Shown here in pieces: positions 26,689 through 38,744 of a stretch of DNA of 64,000 bases (the stretch's first letter is position 1; each line of letters opens with the position of its first letter). The stretch is from Mobula hypostoma (Eukaryota): positions 111,788,001-111,852,000 of the forward strand of contig NC_086097.1 in NCBI RefSeq assembly GCF_963921235.1, in the 5' to 3' direction. The notes beneath the pieces were generated by a model. The model worked only from the letters and a program-made list of their open reading frames with translations, was not told the DNA's origin and did no database searches. The position numbers were made by a program, and so were the translations under genes.

Positions 26689-26903
26689 AAACAACAGGAA
26701 TTCTGCAGATGCTGGAAATTCAAGCAACATACATCAAAGTTGCTGGTGAACGCAGCAGGCCAACCAGCATCTGTAGGAAGAGGTACAGTCGACGTTTCAG
26801 GCCGAGACCCTTCGTCAGGGTCTCGGCCTGAAATGTCGACTGCACCTCTTCCTACAGATGCTGCTTGGCCTGCTGCTTTCACCAGCAACTTTGATGTATG
26901 TTG
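26689..26903. mobile_element. Penelope-like palindromic mini-insertion
   Basis: 35-nt tail then arms 26724-26811 / 26817-26904; 13-bp TSD ctctaatctatga (26676-26688, 26904-26916). Confidence 0.85.
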
Positions 26904-27911
26904 CTCTAATCTATGATCTAGAATTTGGCTGCTCACTAGAGTTTTCACAAATATTCAATTCCATTAGCCACTCCTCAGTCACAAACAATATGACAAGGAC
27001 ATTTTGGCATGAACCATTGTGTAGAATGCAGCATTTACATCACAAGCACCAGGCAACAGCCATCTCCAAAGAGAGTAAACACATTCCCTTAGAATCCATT
27101 ATTATTGCTGTTATTAAATCCCACTGTCACTTTGTGGCTTGAAGTGGGTGCAGGTCCGAATTGGCCAGAAACATAACTAAACCAGGTAAAGTACATGCAA
27201 GAAAGGAACAAAGGCAAGGTAACTTGTCTCTTGACAGCTTGAAGCCTTTACAGGAATAGTGGGTTGTAGAATTCTTTTGAATTACCATTTTGCTTGGGCC
27301 TTGCTTGATATCAGTCACCAGCTTGAGCTTGGACACATCTTTCATTGGCACAAAATGCAATTTCAAAGATTTCATTGTAAAGAGCTGTTGTAGGTGTAAT
27401 GGGCTGTAAATATGTGTGTGTTTTTTTGTTTAATTGCCAATCTGCCCAGCCTCCATCCCAAATTACATAAGGGGCTAAAGGTTCCTAGAGTGGTAAAGGA
27501 AAAACACCTACAGGTTTCTGACTGGTGGTTGGAAATGTTAGCTCTCTGAGTGTAAATAGTTAACCTTTTTGTTGCATTTACGTTCAGTAGTCAAAGTTTG
27601 GGAGCAATTAATGGGTAAATGCTGCTCATTATTTTGTTTAACCTTTTTTGAACAACATTGGCCATCCAAATGTCCTTGCACTGTTATTCACAGCCACATA
27701 ATGGATGTTTGGGACCATAAATATGTATTGCAGCACAGTAATGTGGAACATTGCTTGGGGTTCTGTAAGAAGTTTGTATGTTCTGCCGGTGACCACATGG
27801 ATTTCCTCCCACATTCCAAAGACATACGGTTAGACTGAGTGTGTTGTGGGTATACTGTGGTGCCCAGCTCAATCTCCACTGATCTGGTTTGACACAGAAT
27901 GACACATTTAA

Positions 27912-28422
27912 CTGTATGCTTTAATATACATGTGATAAAAATAATATTTAATCTCTGATGTCTCTCCTTTTATCTGGTTTAGAGATAAACGTTGGCTGCA
28001 TTGTGGCTATTGATGCTACTTTTTTGACTGACTTTGATACCAGCACTATTTGTATTTGCATTGTTGACCCCCGACTAAGAGGACAAAGATTAGTTCGGTG
28101 CATGAGAATGCTGCTAAATTCCCCTCCAAGTCGAATGTAATCCTGATTTAGATCATATTGTCAGCGGGTCTAAATCTTGGAACTTCCTCTGTGATTCACT
28201 ATAGAAATACCTTCACAGTACAAACGGGCTATTTCAAGAAGAGCAAATTGTAATCATGATGAGGCAAAAAAAAAGCTTTTGCTGTCAAAGATGCCCACAA
28301 CTTGCAGAATGATCTATTTTTTTTATTTACTTCCTCTTGCTAACCAAGTTATTTGACTAATATCAAATCTTGGATCAGAGAAATTACATTTCGCTGTACT
28401 CTGGGCAGACCTAGTCCGAGCT
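27912..28422 (+). repeat. Copy 1 of a ~510-bp direct duplication
   Basis: ctgtatgctttaatatacatgtg...cagacctagtcc recurs at 29561-30078 with about 15 differences counted by eye. Confidence 0.95.
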
Positions 28423-28424
28423 TT

Positions 28425-29560
28425 TTTGGTTTATATTTGTCCGGCATGGAAACCACTGATCACAATCCATTAGTGTTTTTGGCCACTACGAAGGATAAAA
28501 ACAAACGCTTACTAAGTTGGAGCCTGGTCTTACAGGAATTTGATATTGGAATAAAACATATAAAAGGAACGGACAATGTGATTGCTGACTGTCTGTCAAG
28601 GTGTTAAAACTTAAAGTTCTCTGTATTAGCTGAATAGCTGATGACTACCTGTATATTATTGTGTATCTAATAATGTCCATTCATGCCCATAATTTTTACC
28701 CCGGTAAAAATCCTTTTAAGGGTGGGGGTGTCATGTGTGACACCCAGCAGAGGTACTGGACTGATGATGCTAATGAGAGAGATAAGAAAGACAATGGGGA
28801 AACATTCAAAATGCTAATAAGGGAGAAGAGAGGGATTAACGGGAAAGAAACACAATTCAGCTATTGACAGATCGGTTTCTTTGAACCTTAACTGTTTGAA
28901 GTTTGATGGACAGGTGGTACCCCAGCAGGGGGATAAAAAGAGCAGGTTTGCTAAGGCACGACACACCACGAGACCCTGGAAAGAGTAGTGTGCCCCCTCA
29001 AGTTGGTGGAAGTTTGGAGGTCCGGTTCACGGGAACCGACCAGAGGCTCACAGGGTGTAAAGGTACGATCGGTGGGAACCTGGGGTGTGTGTCCGCCCTT
29101 GCCTGGGTGCCGGGTTCACCGGGGAAGAATGATGGTATCCGGAACGGAGGGATCACAGTCGGTGACCACAGCGGGATAAAAGACATCAAAGGGTTTGCCC
29201 GAAACCAACTGCGAAGACATCCAAAAGATCTGCCTGAAACCAAATTGCATCTCTCTCTCTCTCCCTCTCCAATGGTACGACAACATCGATTACTGCGAAC
29301 TGCACTAAACTGAACTGAACTCTGCTTCACTTAAGACATCATTTTACCCCTAGACTGCGATAGAGTTTGGTTGATTCCTATTACTCTAGTTCTGTGTATT
29401 TGTGTGTATTATCATTGCTAACTTGTTACATTTATATCCTTACGATTAGTGTACTGTATTACTTATTTCTTTAATAAAACTTCATTAGTTTCAGTAATCC
29501 AGACTCCAATGAGCATTCCATTTCTGCTGGTTTGGCAACCCAGTTACGGGGTACGTAACA
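28425..29560 (+). mobile_element. 3' end of a Gmr1-type Gypsy element: RNase H C-terminus, PPT and one LTR (28729-29560)
   Basis: TDHNPLVFL...RLLSWSLVLQEFDIGIKHIKGTDNVIADCLSRC* then PPT aagggtggggg and LTR tgtca...taaca with ataaaa and aataaa signals. Confidence 0.85.
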
Positions 29561-30078
29561 CTGTATGCTTTAATATACATGTGATAAATAAAAATAATAT
29601 TTAACCTCTGATGTCTCTCCTTTTATCTGGTTTAGAAATAAATGTTGGCTGCATTGTGGCTATTGATGCTACTTTTTTGACTGACTTTGATACCAGCACT
29701 ATTTGTATTTGCATTATTGACTCCTGACCGAAGAGGACAAAGATTAGTTCGGTGCATGAGGATGCTGCTAAATTCCCCTCCAAGTCGAATGTAATCCTGA
29801 TTTAGATCATATTGTCAGCGGGTCTAAATCTTGGAACCTTCTCTGTGATTCACTATAGAAATACCTTCACAGTACAAACGGGCTATTTCAAGAAGAGCAA
29901 ATTGTAATCATGATGAGGCAAAACAAAAAGCTTTTGCTGTCAAAGATGCCCGCAACTTGCAGAATGATCTATTTTTTTTATTTACTTCCTCTTGCTAACC
30001 AAGTTATTTGACTAATATCAAATCTTGGATCAGAGAAATTACATTTCGCTGTACTCTGGGCAGACCTAGTCCAAGCTT
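29561..30078 (+). repeat. Copy 2 of the ~510-bp direct duplication
   Basis: Begins immediately after the LTR terminal CA. Confidence 0.95.
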
Positions 30079-30341
30079 CCTTGTCACCAGTATAAACGCA
30101 GTGCCTTTTGACTGTTGACTGATGCTGAAGTGAACTCTTTGTAACTTCATAATTTAGTTTTGCCAAGTCAAATTTTCAATCCCTTATATACTCCACCTGT
30201 ACAATTTCATTGCCCTCTGCTACCTTTTCCAACATTACTTACATCTGAAGTCCTTATCAGTGCCATCGTTGTCATCTGACACAATCTATCTGTTTCCATT
30301 TTTACAATTTCCAGATCCTGAAAAAAAGCATCCCTTTCATA

Positions 30342-31829
30342 TCTATATACTACTAAAACTCTCGTGCTCTGTCTGTCTGTTTGTCTGTTGGTGACCTCCA
30401 ATTAACGCAAACGGTGTATTACAGCGGCACTTTTTTTGGCTAAATCGAATTAAAATGCGCTAACTTACAGAATGCAGGCAAAGTTCAGGGTTATATATTC
30501 GTATAAAATTGCTCATTCACCAAAAATCAACAGGCTATCTTTCACCTGAGACCCGATTGGCCATCATGGAAATCGGGATGCCACAGCTCGACGCATGTGC
30601 ACGGATAGCCTCAGCAGCGCCTCACGATGCTCACAGAGCTGGCTCCACCTTCCATGGAGACCGCGACGCCACACCACTGCGCATGCGCACGGCCAGCCTC
30701 AGCAGCTTGGAGGCTTGGGTGTTACTGCTTCCTATCTTCTATCAAGCACTAGGGTGAAAATATATGGATAGCCTAATTATGCCGTGTGGAAAGAGAAGGG
30801 GGACATTATGGTCAAGAGATGACACTAAACGTCGTTGGGAAGCGGCAAGGAGAGGGAAAGAACAACAATTGGATGAGGCCAGGGCCGCACGAGTCCAGGA
30901 TCAAAGAGTCAGGACAAAAAAGATGAGAGAAGACGAAACAGAGGAGGACAGATATGCACGTCTCCAAAATGACAACAATAGACACAGATAGAGGAGAGAA
31001 CAAGAATCTGATCAGGCCAGGACCACATGACTCCAGGATCAGAGAAGAAGAACAAGTGGTAGAAGAGAGGATGAGACGAAGGATGAAAGGGCTGCGTGTC
31101 TCCAGAATGATAAAAACAGGCAGAGAAGAAGGTGAGAGGAAGAGACAGAGGAGAAAAGGAAAGATCAACTCGAATATGCGACACAAAGTAATTATTGCGA
31201 GAGTTGCTGAAGACAACAATGGCCGCTTTCGACGACAATACCTCAACAGAGGAAGAGCAAGGCAAAATGCACAAGTTGCATGCCGTCACGTTTCTGCTGA
31301 TGTTGGTTCGATGACCAGAGTATGCCCTCACTGTCGTGCCTTCCTATTCACTGGAGAAACCACACATTTCTGCTGTATGAAGGGACAGGTCAGGATAAGC
31401 AATTTGCAGCCTCTACCTAATGAGCTCCTCAATTTGTACAGCAATGATAAACCTATTGCAAATGAGTTCAGGAAGAACATCAGACAATACAATTGCCTCT
31501 TCCAAATGACATCCTTTGGTGCCAAAGAAGTCATTCCAACTAGGAATCGATGGAATCCTCCTGTGATTATTCAAGGCCAAATCTATCATTACATCGGACA
31601 TTTAATTCCAGACCCGATTCCTTCAAATTTACTTCATGGATACTTAATGTTCATTCTGGTCACATATTTGTCTTGTTATGTGTCTTTTAATAAGCTGAGT
31701 TTTTCTTCTTTAATTTCCAAATCAAGGAGATAGCAATAGCATTCAGGAAAATTTACTGTTCATTCTGGCCGCATCAGACTGCACTACCCTTCTCTCAAAG
31801 GGTGCCCCAACGGGTCACCCCGTTGTCTA
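30342..31829 (+). mobile_element. Non-autonomous (internally deleted) Helitron
   Basis: A|TCtatatact 5' end; hairpin caacggg-tca-cccgttg (31808-31824) then CTAG|T; ORF with CPHCRAFLFTGE..FCCMKGQV, FRKNIRQYNCLFQMTSFG and IQGQIYHYIG, typical of the RepHel N-terminal region. Confidence 0.9.
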
Positions 31830-32949
31830 GTATTAAACTAAACTGTATTCACTTTCCGTACTTATTCTTAATATTCTGTTACTCCTTCACAGTTCTTCTG
31901 CAAAATTTCCAAGGCCATTGTCACCTAGCCGCTCTTGTCAGAGTGTAGGAGAGCCACTGAATTTATAGACTCCGATCTATTCTGCATCCCACAGAGGATG
32001 AATGCTCTCGGACCTCATTTCACTTTTTATACCTTCAAAGGTAAACTTTGTTCATGATAGTTAGTTGTCAGGAATGTTCTCTGTTCTATGCTGTCAAATA
32101 GAACATAGAACATTAAAGCAGAGTACAGGTCCTTTGACCCACAATATTATGCCGATCTTTTAACATATTCTAAGATTAACCCTTCGTACCTACATTCTAT
32201 TTTTCCATCATCCGTGTGCCTATGTAAGAGTTAAAAGCCACTAACACCACCCCGACAAGGTGTTAGATTGTGCAGTTTGTGGTGGCCTTGGGCTGAATAG
32301 TTACCATACCAAGCTATGTTGCATCAAGACAGAGTGCTTTCTGTGGTCCATCTATAAAAATCAGTGAGAACAAACAGGGACGTGCCAAATTCCCTTATCC
32401 TCCTAAGGAATTAGAGTAGCTAGTATGCTTTCTTAACCATTTTGTCTATGTGGTTGGACCAGGACAGATTACACTAGTGATAGTTACACTAGTAACTTGA
32501 AACTCTCTGTCATTTTGAAGCAGGCTCAATGGGCTGAATATCCGAATTCTATTCTTATGTCTTACGGTGTTTATTCACATTTCAGCACCATTATTAATAC
32601 ATAGAGGGGTATGTACTCCTGAAGTTAATGATCATTTCTCTTGTTTTGATGACATTGAGGGAAAGGTTTTGTGGTCTTGTTGATGTGCCACTAGGTTTCT
32701 TATCTCCTTTTTCTGAACTGCAGTGTGGTCAGGATGTTTAAATCCCATATATTTATATTTTTGTATCAAATTCTATAAAAAGACCTGTATTCTTTAGGAA
32801 CTGCACTATATATTTAAAGCAATAATCTATGATCCTTTCTACAAAATATTGTTATTGTTAATGTTAAGTTGTATTGTTTTCCATATTAACTTTAAAATCC
32901 GTTCCTTTCTCCTGTGCTCTGTCTCATCATGTTTAAAATCTGGCCCACT

Positions 32950-33650
32950 ATGATGGTGTCATCCATGAGTTTGTAGATGGAGTTACAGTTGTTGGTGTTT
33001 TGAGATTATGGAGACTATTTTGAGGATAATCATGCCTATTCTTACTGATTGAGGTCTGTTTGAGGAAGTCAAGGAGAGGTGTTGAGTTTTGGAGATGAGT
33101 TTGTGTGGATTCTTTGTTGACAAGATATTCCATAGATGAATATAGGGCCAAGGAAATGTCATCTGCCATGGATTTATTTTGGCAAAAGACAAATTGCAGT
33201 GAGTGGAAGTTATCTGGGAGACTGGAGTTGATGTGTACCTTGACTGACCACTCAAAGTACCTCAACATAGTGGATATCTGAGTCACTGGGCAGTTGTTAT
33301 TAAAGCACGTTATATATTTTTGTTTGGCACCAAGATGATAGCATTCCTAAAGCAGGTGGGAACCTTGAAGAAGCGAGAAGTTAAAAATGTCTGTGAATGC
33401 TCCTGAGAGCTAATCATGCAGTATCTAAGGACGTGGCCAAGGACTCCATCTGGGCCGAATGCCTTGCACCTGTTCGCACACAACAAGGCTGATCTGATGT
33501 CTATAATGGTTACTGGGTACGTGCAACAGAAGCTGTTGGAACAGGTGGTGGCATTTCATTGCCCTTTTCTTCAAAGCGTGTGTAGAATGCATTGAATTCA
33601 TTGGGGGTGGATGCATTGTTGTCAGCCATACTGCTGATTTTCATTGTGTA
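32950..33650 (-). mobile_element. Highly decayed Rex1/Babar-like LINE fragment
   Basis: LQFVFCQNKSMADDISLALYS resembles the Rex1 motif LQFAYRxNRSTxDAI. Confidence 0.6.
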
Positions 33651-34199
33651 GTCTGTTCCTTTGTTTTATCTTAAAAGTATGTGTCTGTCTACTTACGCAG
33701 TGATGTAAAATTGGGAATTCTTCCCCTTTTAAATTTGTTTTGAGCCTTTTTTAAAAAAAAAATGGCATGTAGAGATGCACATGGATGATGAAAAATTGGA
33801 GGGCTATGTAGGAGGGAAGGGTTATATTGATCTTAGAGTAGATTTAAAAGGTCAACACAACATCATGGGCCAAAAGGCCTGTACTATGCGGTAATACTGC
33901 CTTTTTATCACTGGTGAGATCACTCCACATGGAGATGGAAAACTGCATTTTGACCACTAGTGAGATTGCTTTGCTGTGGAGAGGGGAGACTGCCTTTCGA
34001 TCGCTGGTGGAATTGCTCTGCTGCTGGAGAGGGAAAGGCCTGCCGCCTGACCTGAAGAATGTCACCAGGTTTTCTGTGTTTTTTATATGGACGTGGACTA
34101 TAGACTTCTTTTCAGTCTTGTAGTTTTTTCGCCCTATCTTTCTAGCTTTTTTTTTGTGTGTGGGAGAGGGGGATTTGGGGGTTGATGAGCCTATTCCAT

Positions 34200-34485
34200 G
34201 CAACACACATCAAAGTTGCTGGTGAACGCAGCAGGCCAAGCAGCATCTATAGGAAGAGGCGCAGTCGACGTTTCAGGCCGAGACCCTTCGTCAGGACTAA
34301 CTAAAGGAAGAGTGAGTAAGGGATATATCCCTTACTCACTCTTCCTTCAGTTAGTCCTGACGAAGGGTCTCGGCCTGAAACGTCGACTGCGCCTCTTCCT
34401 ATAGATGCTGCTTGGCCTGCTGCGTTCACCAGCAACTTTGATGTGTGTTGCTTGAATTTCCAGCATCTGCAGGATTCCTGTTGTT
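34200..34485. mobile_element. Penelope-like spacer-less palindromic insertion with two hammerhead motifs
   Basis: 34200-34451 is a 252-bp palindrome centred on ggata|tatcc with one mismatch, followed by a 34-nt tail; 14-bp TSD tgagcctattccat (34186-34199, 34486-34499). Confidence 0.9.
34353..34388 (+). ncRNA. Minimal type I hammerhead ribozyme motif (Penelope-associated)
   Basis: AGUC-CUGACGA-A-GGGUCUCGGCCU-GAAAC-GUC-GACU: stem I AGUC/GACU, core CUGANGA and GAAA, short stem II, loopless palindromic ACGU stem III, GUC triplet. Mirror copy on the minus strand at 34263-34298. Confidence 0.7.
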
Positions 34486-35140
34486 TGAGCCTATTCCATT
34501 TTTTGTTTGTTTTTTTTGTGGGGAGGAGGGATTTTGGGGGGGGGTGTTGATGATCATGATGATCAAAAGGCAGTTTTGTGGCCATCTGGAGAAGAATTTC
34601 AGAGTTGTATACTTTGATAATAAATTCACTCTTGGTGTTCTGAGCCTATGTTCTGAAGTTGGTGAGGGAAAATGGTAGATACGGAAAGTGATTGGTGGAC
34701 CCAAATAAGGGAGGGATAATGGGCAGATGGAAATGGGTATGGAAGGGGATAAGAAAGGTGAACCAAGGAAGAAGGCGGCCAGGTAGATGGGTATGTGGGT
34801 GAATTTTATTTCCTGTATAATTGAGTTTTGTAATTTGTTTCCACCGAGCACCTACCAACTGTTGTCTCAATATTCTCCTCTAGTTCCATGTATTAACTCT
34901 CTTGCATTTCTATACTGATTATCTTCCCTCTGCATTCTGTCCTGAAGTGAGGTCTCATCCCAAAATCTCGATCATCGCTTTGCTTCCAGGGATGCTGGAC
35001 TTCTTCCAGAAGTTTGCTTTTTGTTTCAGCTTCCAATATCTGCAGTCCTGTGTCTCTATCTTGGTATTGCAATGACATCTTAATTTGGGTAATATTGTCT
35101 GTCTTAATCACATTAATTATCTAACTTACCTTTTTTTTAG

Positions 35141-35276
35141 CTTGTGGTGATGTACCAGAACAACTCAGGGCACCAAATGGAATAATTACAAGTCCAGGTT
35201 GGCCTTTTAACTATCCAACTGGAACTAATTGCAGTTGGTATATCCAAGGCAATCGAGAGGAAATCATCACCATCAG
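35141..35276 (+). CDS. LRP12: LRP12 exon 3 (136 bp; first half of CUB1)
   Basis: ttttttttag|CTTGT ... ATCAG|gtaagc. Translates (A)CGDVPEQLRAPNGIITSPGWPFNYPTGTNCSWYIQGNREEIITI(S), a CUB domain start. Confidence 0.95.
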
Positions 35277-36499
35277 GTAAGCTTGATCAATTTGATGTTT
35301 ATATGTTACTAATTGGCATACAATAGCCGGCACAAATTTGTAGTGTCATTTGGAAGTTTACCTTGTTTAAAAGGTTAGAATATATTGTTCCATGCCATTG
35401 ATGTATACACATTGCATACTAAGCTCCCTAGCTTAGCTGTTAATTTTCTACCAGCATTGCTGTTAGAAGTAAAATCTTGTGAGTATTGAATGAAGACTGT
35501 TTAAAAGTAAGTTTTAAACTCTGCCCTTGATCAAAATTCAGTGGCGTCCCTTGTCAAAGTGAATTGGCAGTTGAACATAGTTAAATTTTGTTGTAGCTAG
35601 TACTTGGAGGTGACTGTGTCTATTACCTGTTAATAATTTGAAAGTTTCCTATAGTGGGAGAGTCTAAACCAAAGAGCACTACCTCAGAATAGAAGAGCAT
35701 CCCTTTAGAATGGAGAGGAGGAAGAATTTCTTTAGCCAGAGGGTGGTGAATCTGTGGAATCAACTGCCACAGATGACTGTGGAGGCAGGTCACTGGGTAT
35801 ATTTAAAGCAGAGGTTGATGGGTTCTTGATTAGTAAGGGCATCAAAGGTTACGGTGGGGAAATCCATAATAAATCAACCATGCAGAGCAGACTTGATGTG
35901 CCAAATGGCCTAATTCTGCTGCTTTGCCTTGTGGAAAGGAAAACTGGACAAAATATCCCAATATGGACACACCATGCTTGATCAATTTGACACTTTTTTT
36001 TGTAGCCATGCCTTTGAGAATCTTCCTGCATTATTCGAATGATGCTGTTAGTGATTTGTCAATTTTCTGAGGTATTTCTGAAGGAAGTGCAGTGGTTTGG
36101 CTTCATTGACTTGGGTTTAGGTCTAATCTCCAGTTGTCCCCGTGACCATATTTGTTTCTTCCTCACACATCCTGAAGACATAGAGAGGTAACCCATGGAC
36201 ATGGGTTGCCTCTTGTGTGTAGGTGCATGGGAGAGTTTGAGGGGAGAATAAAATGGCATTAGTGAAGGATGGTTGCTGGAAAGTAAGTATGGACTCTGTG
36301 AGCCAAGTGGCCTGCTTCCATGTCCTTTGCTTATGATCTGTTCCCAATCAATCCCATTCCTATTCCTTTTATGAAATTCCATTGCTAGGTATGACTAAAC
36401 TAGAGCTGCTCACCTTCTGTTCTTGAATAAAATGTCTCTAAACTTGACAGAGTCTGAATACTGTTTTCTGTCAGTTGGTGCTGATCTCATCAAAATGTA

Positions 36500-37030
36500 C
36501 ACAGTGGCCATATACTAGGTGCATCCTGTACCTAATAAAGTGGTCACAAGTTTATGTTCAAGGTGGTGTAGCCTATCCACTTCAAGGTCTGCTGTGTTGT
36601 GCATTCAGAGATGCTCTTCTGCACACCACTGTGTAGTCATTTGAGTTGCTGTTGCCGTCTTGTCACCTTGAACTAGCCTGGCCATTCTCCTCTGATCTCT
36701 CATGAACAAGATATTTTCGCCCTCAGAACTGCCAGTCACTGATTTTTTTTTTGTTTTTCACACCATTCTCTGTAAACTGTGGAGATTGTTGTGTGTGAAA
36801 ATCCTAGGAGATTGGCGTTTTCCAAGATATTCAGACCAGCTCGTTTGGCACCAACAATCATTCCATGAACAAAGTCACTTGGATCACATTTCTTCCCCAT
36901 TCTGATATTTGGTCTGAACATCAGCTGAACCTCTTGATCACATTTGCACGCTTTATGCATAGAGTTGCTGTCACATGATTGGCTGATTTATATATTTCCA
37001 TTAACAAGCAGGTGTACCTAATAAAGTGTA
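36500..37030. mobile_element. Non-autonomous Tc1-like element (related fragment at ~20410-20730)
   Basis: Ends cagtggcca...taggtgca / gtgtacctaataaagtg; internal sequence shared with 20410-20730. Confidence 0.6.
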
Positions 37031-37186
37031 TATCTTCAGTTTTGCATAGGAGTCTTTTGCAAAATTGAGTGGCATTCCCTGGCACTTTTATTTGACAATA
37101 TGAAGTTATTGATACTTTTTTACCGTTATCCTGTCCTTGCTAATCATTCAGATATGCATTTCTCATGAGAGCTGCTAGATGTGATA

Positions 37187-38457
37187 TCAGATCTGAAATC
37201 CTGTCTGCTCACTACCCTGGACCCCCATCAATTTGCCTATTACACCAACAGGTCAACAGAGGACGCCATCTCCATGGCACTTCGCTCCGCCCTGACCCAC
37301 CTGGACAGCCCCAACTCTTATGTCAGAATGCTGTTCATTGACTTTAGTTCGGCATTCAATACTGTGATCCTCTCCAAGCTGATTGCCAAACTTCGCCAGC
37401 TTAGTATCAGCTCATCCCTCTGCAATTGGACCTTGGACTTTCTGACTAACAGAAGTTAAGTTAGACAACCTCTCCTCCTCCACTCTCACCCTGAACACCG
37501 GCGTGCCTCAAGGCTGTGTGCTGAGCCCTCTTCTGTACTCCCTTTTCACCTATGACTGTGTTCCTGTACATGGTTCTAACTCCATTATCAAGTTCACAGA
37601 CTACACCACGGTGGTTGGCCTGATCAGAGGGGATGACGAGACGGCCTACAGGGATGAGGTCCAACACCAGGCCTTGTGGTGTGCCGACAACAACCTGGCC
37701 CTTAAAACCCAGCAGATCAAGGAGATCATTGTGGACTTCAGGCATGCTAGGAGCCACACTCACGTCCCCATCTACATCAACGGAGCTGTAGTGGAGCGTG
37801 TATCAAGCTTCAAATTCCTTGGTGTCCACATTTCCGAGTATCTCACCTGGTCCCTGAACTCTTCCATCTTGATCAAAAAGGCGCAACAATGCCTTTATTT
37901 CCTGTGGAGCATCAAGAAGGCTCACCTCTGTCCCAAGATAGTGACAGAATTTTACCGCTGTACCATTGTACTCACCAACTGCATCTCTGTGTTATGGCAA
38001 TTGTCCCGTATCGGACCGCAAAGCATTCCAGCGTGTGGTGAAAACTGCCCAGCGGATTATTGGCACCCAATTGCCCACCATTGAGAACATCTACCATAAA
38101 CGCTGCCCAGGCAGGGTGAAAAACATTATCAAGGATGCATCTCACCCTAACCATGGACTTTTTACTCTCCTCCCATCCGGTAGGCACTGCAGGAGCCTCT
38201 GCTCCCGCACCAGCAGGCACAGGAAGAGCTTCTTCCCTGAGGCTGTGCCTCTGCTGAACCTCATATCACAGCGCTAAGCAGTATTGCACCCATATTGTAC
38301 AGCCTCAGTACTTCTATATTTGTGTGCTGTAGTACTTTTTATTTGCAGTTATTTTGTAAATAACACCATTCTTTGCATTTCTGGTCAGATGCTAATTGCA
38401 TTTCATTGGCTTTGTATCTGTACTCGGCACAATGACAATAAAGTTGAATCTAATCTA
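37187..38457 (+). mobile_element. 5'-truncated Rex1/Babar LINE (RT)
   Basis: [40 protein letters not shown]; (aatct)n tail; probable TSD atgtgata (37179-37186, 38458-38465). Confidence 0.9.
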
Positions 38458-38744
38458 ATGTGATAAACCATTTATAGTCACTGGTTAGGCCCCAGAGGAA
38501 GGCCAGGTATTTAAGAGTGTCAAAGCTTGGAAGGACTCTCCAAGTAAGTTATAGCAGTGGTACCGAGGAAAAGGAGCTGCTTACATGGAGACTCAACGGA
38601 AGCTGTAGTTGTCCTTGGAGTAGGGGCAGTTAGGTGGAGATCTAACGGATGCAGTTAAAGCATTAATTTTGATATTGTAAATTGTGGATGGATTAGAATC
38701 TGAGTTGAGGAGAAACTTGTTTTGCAAGTTGAATGTCACTGAAC

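Noticed and set aside
28903..29330. Overlapping 110-136 aa ORFs
   Set aside because: They lie within the GC-richer LTR and show no recognisable domain.
34198..34585. Identical peptides on both strands (QHTSKLLVNAAGQAAS...)
   Set aside because: An artefact of translating the palindromic non-coding Penelope terminus; the same applies to similar ORFs at 8933, 13854 and 26622.
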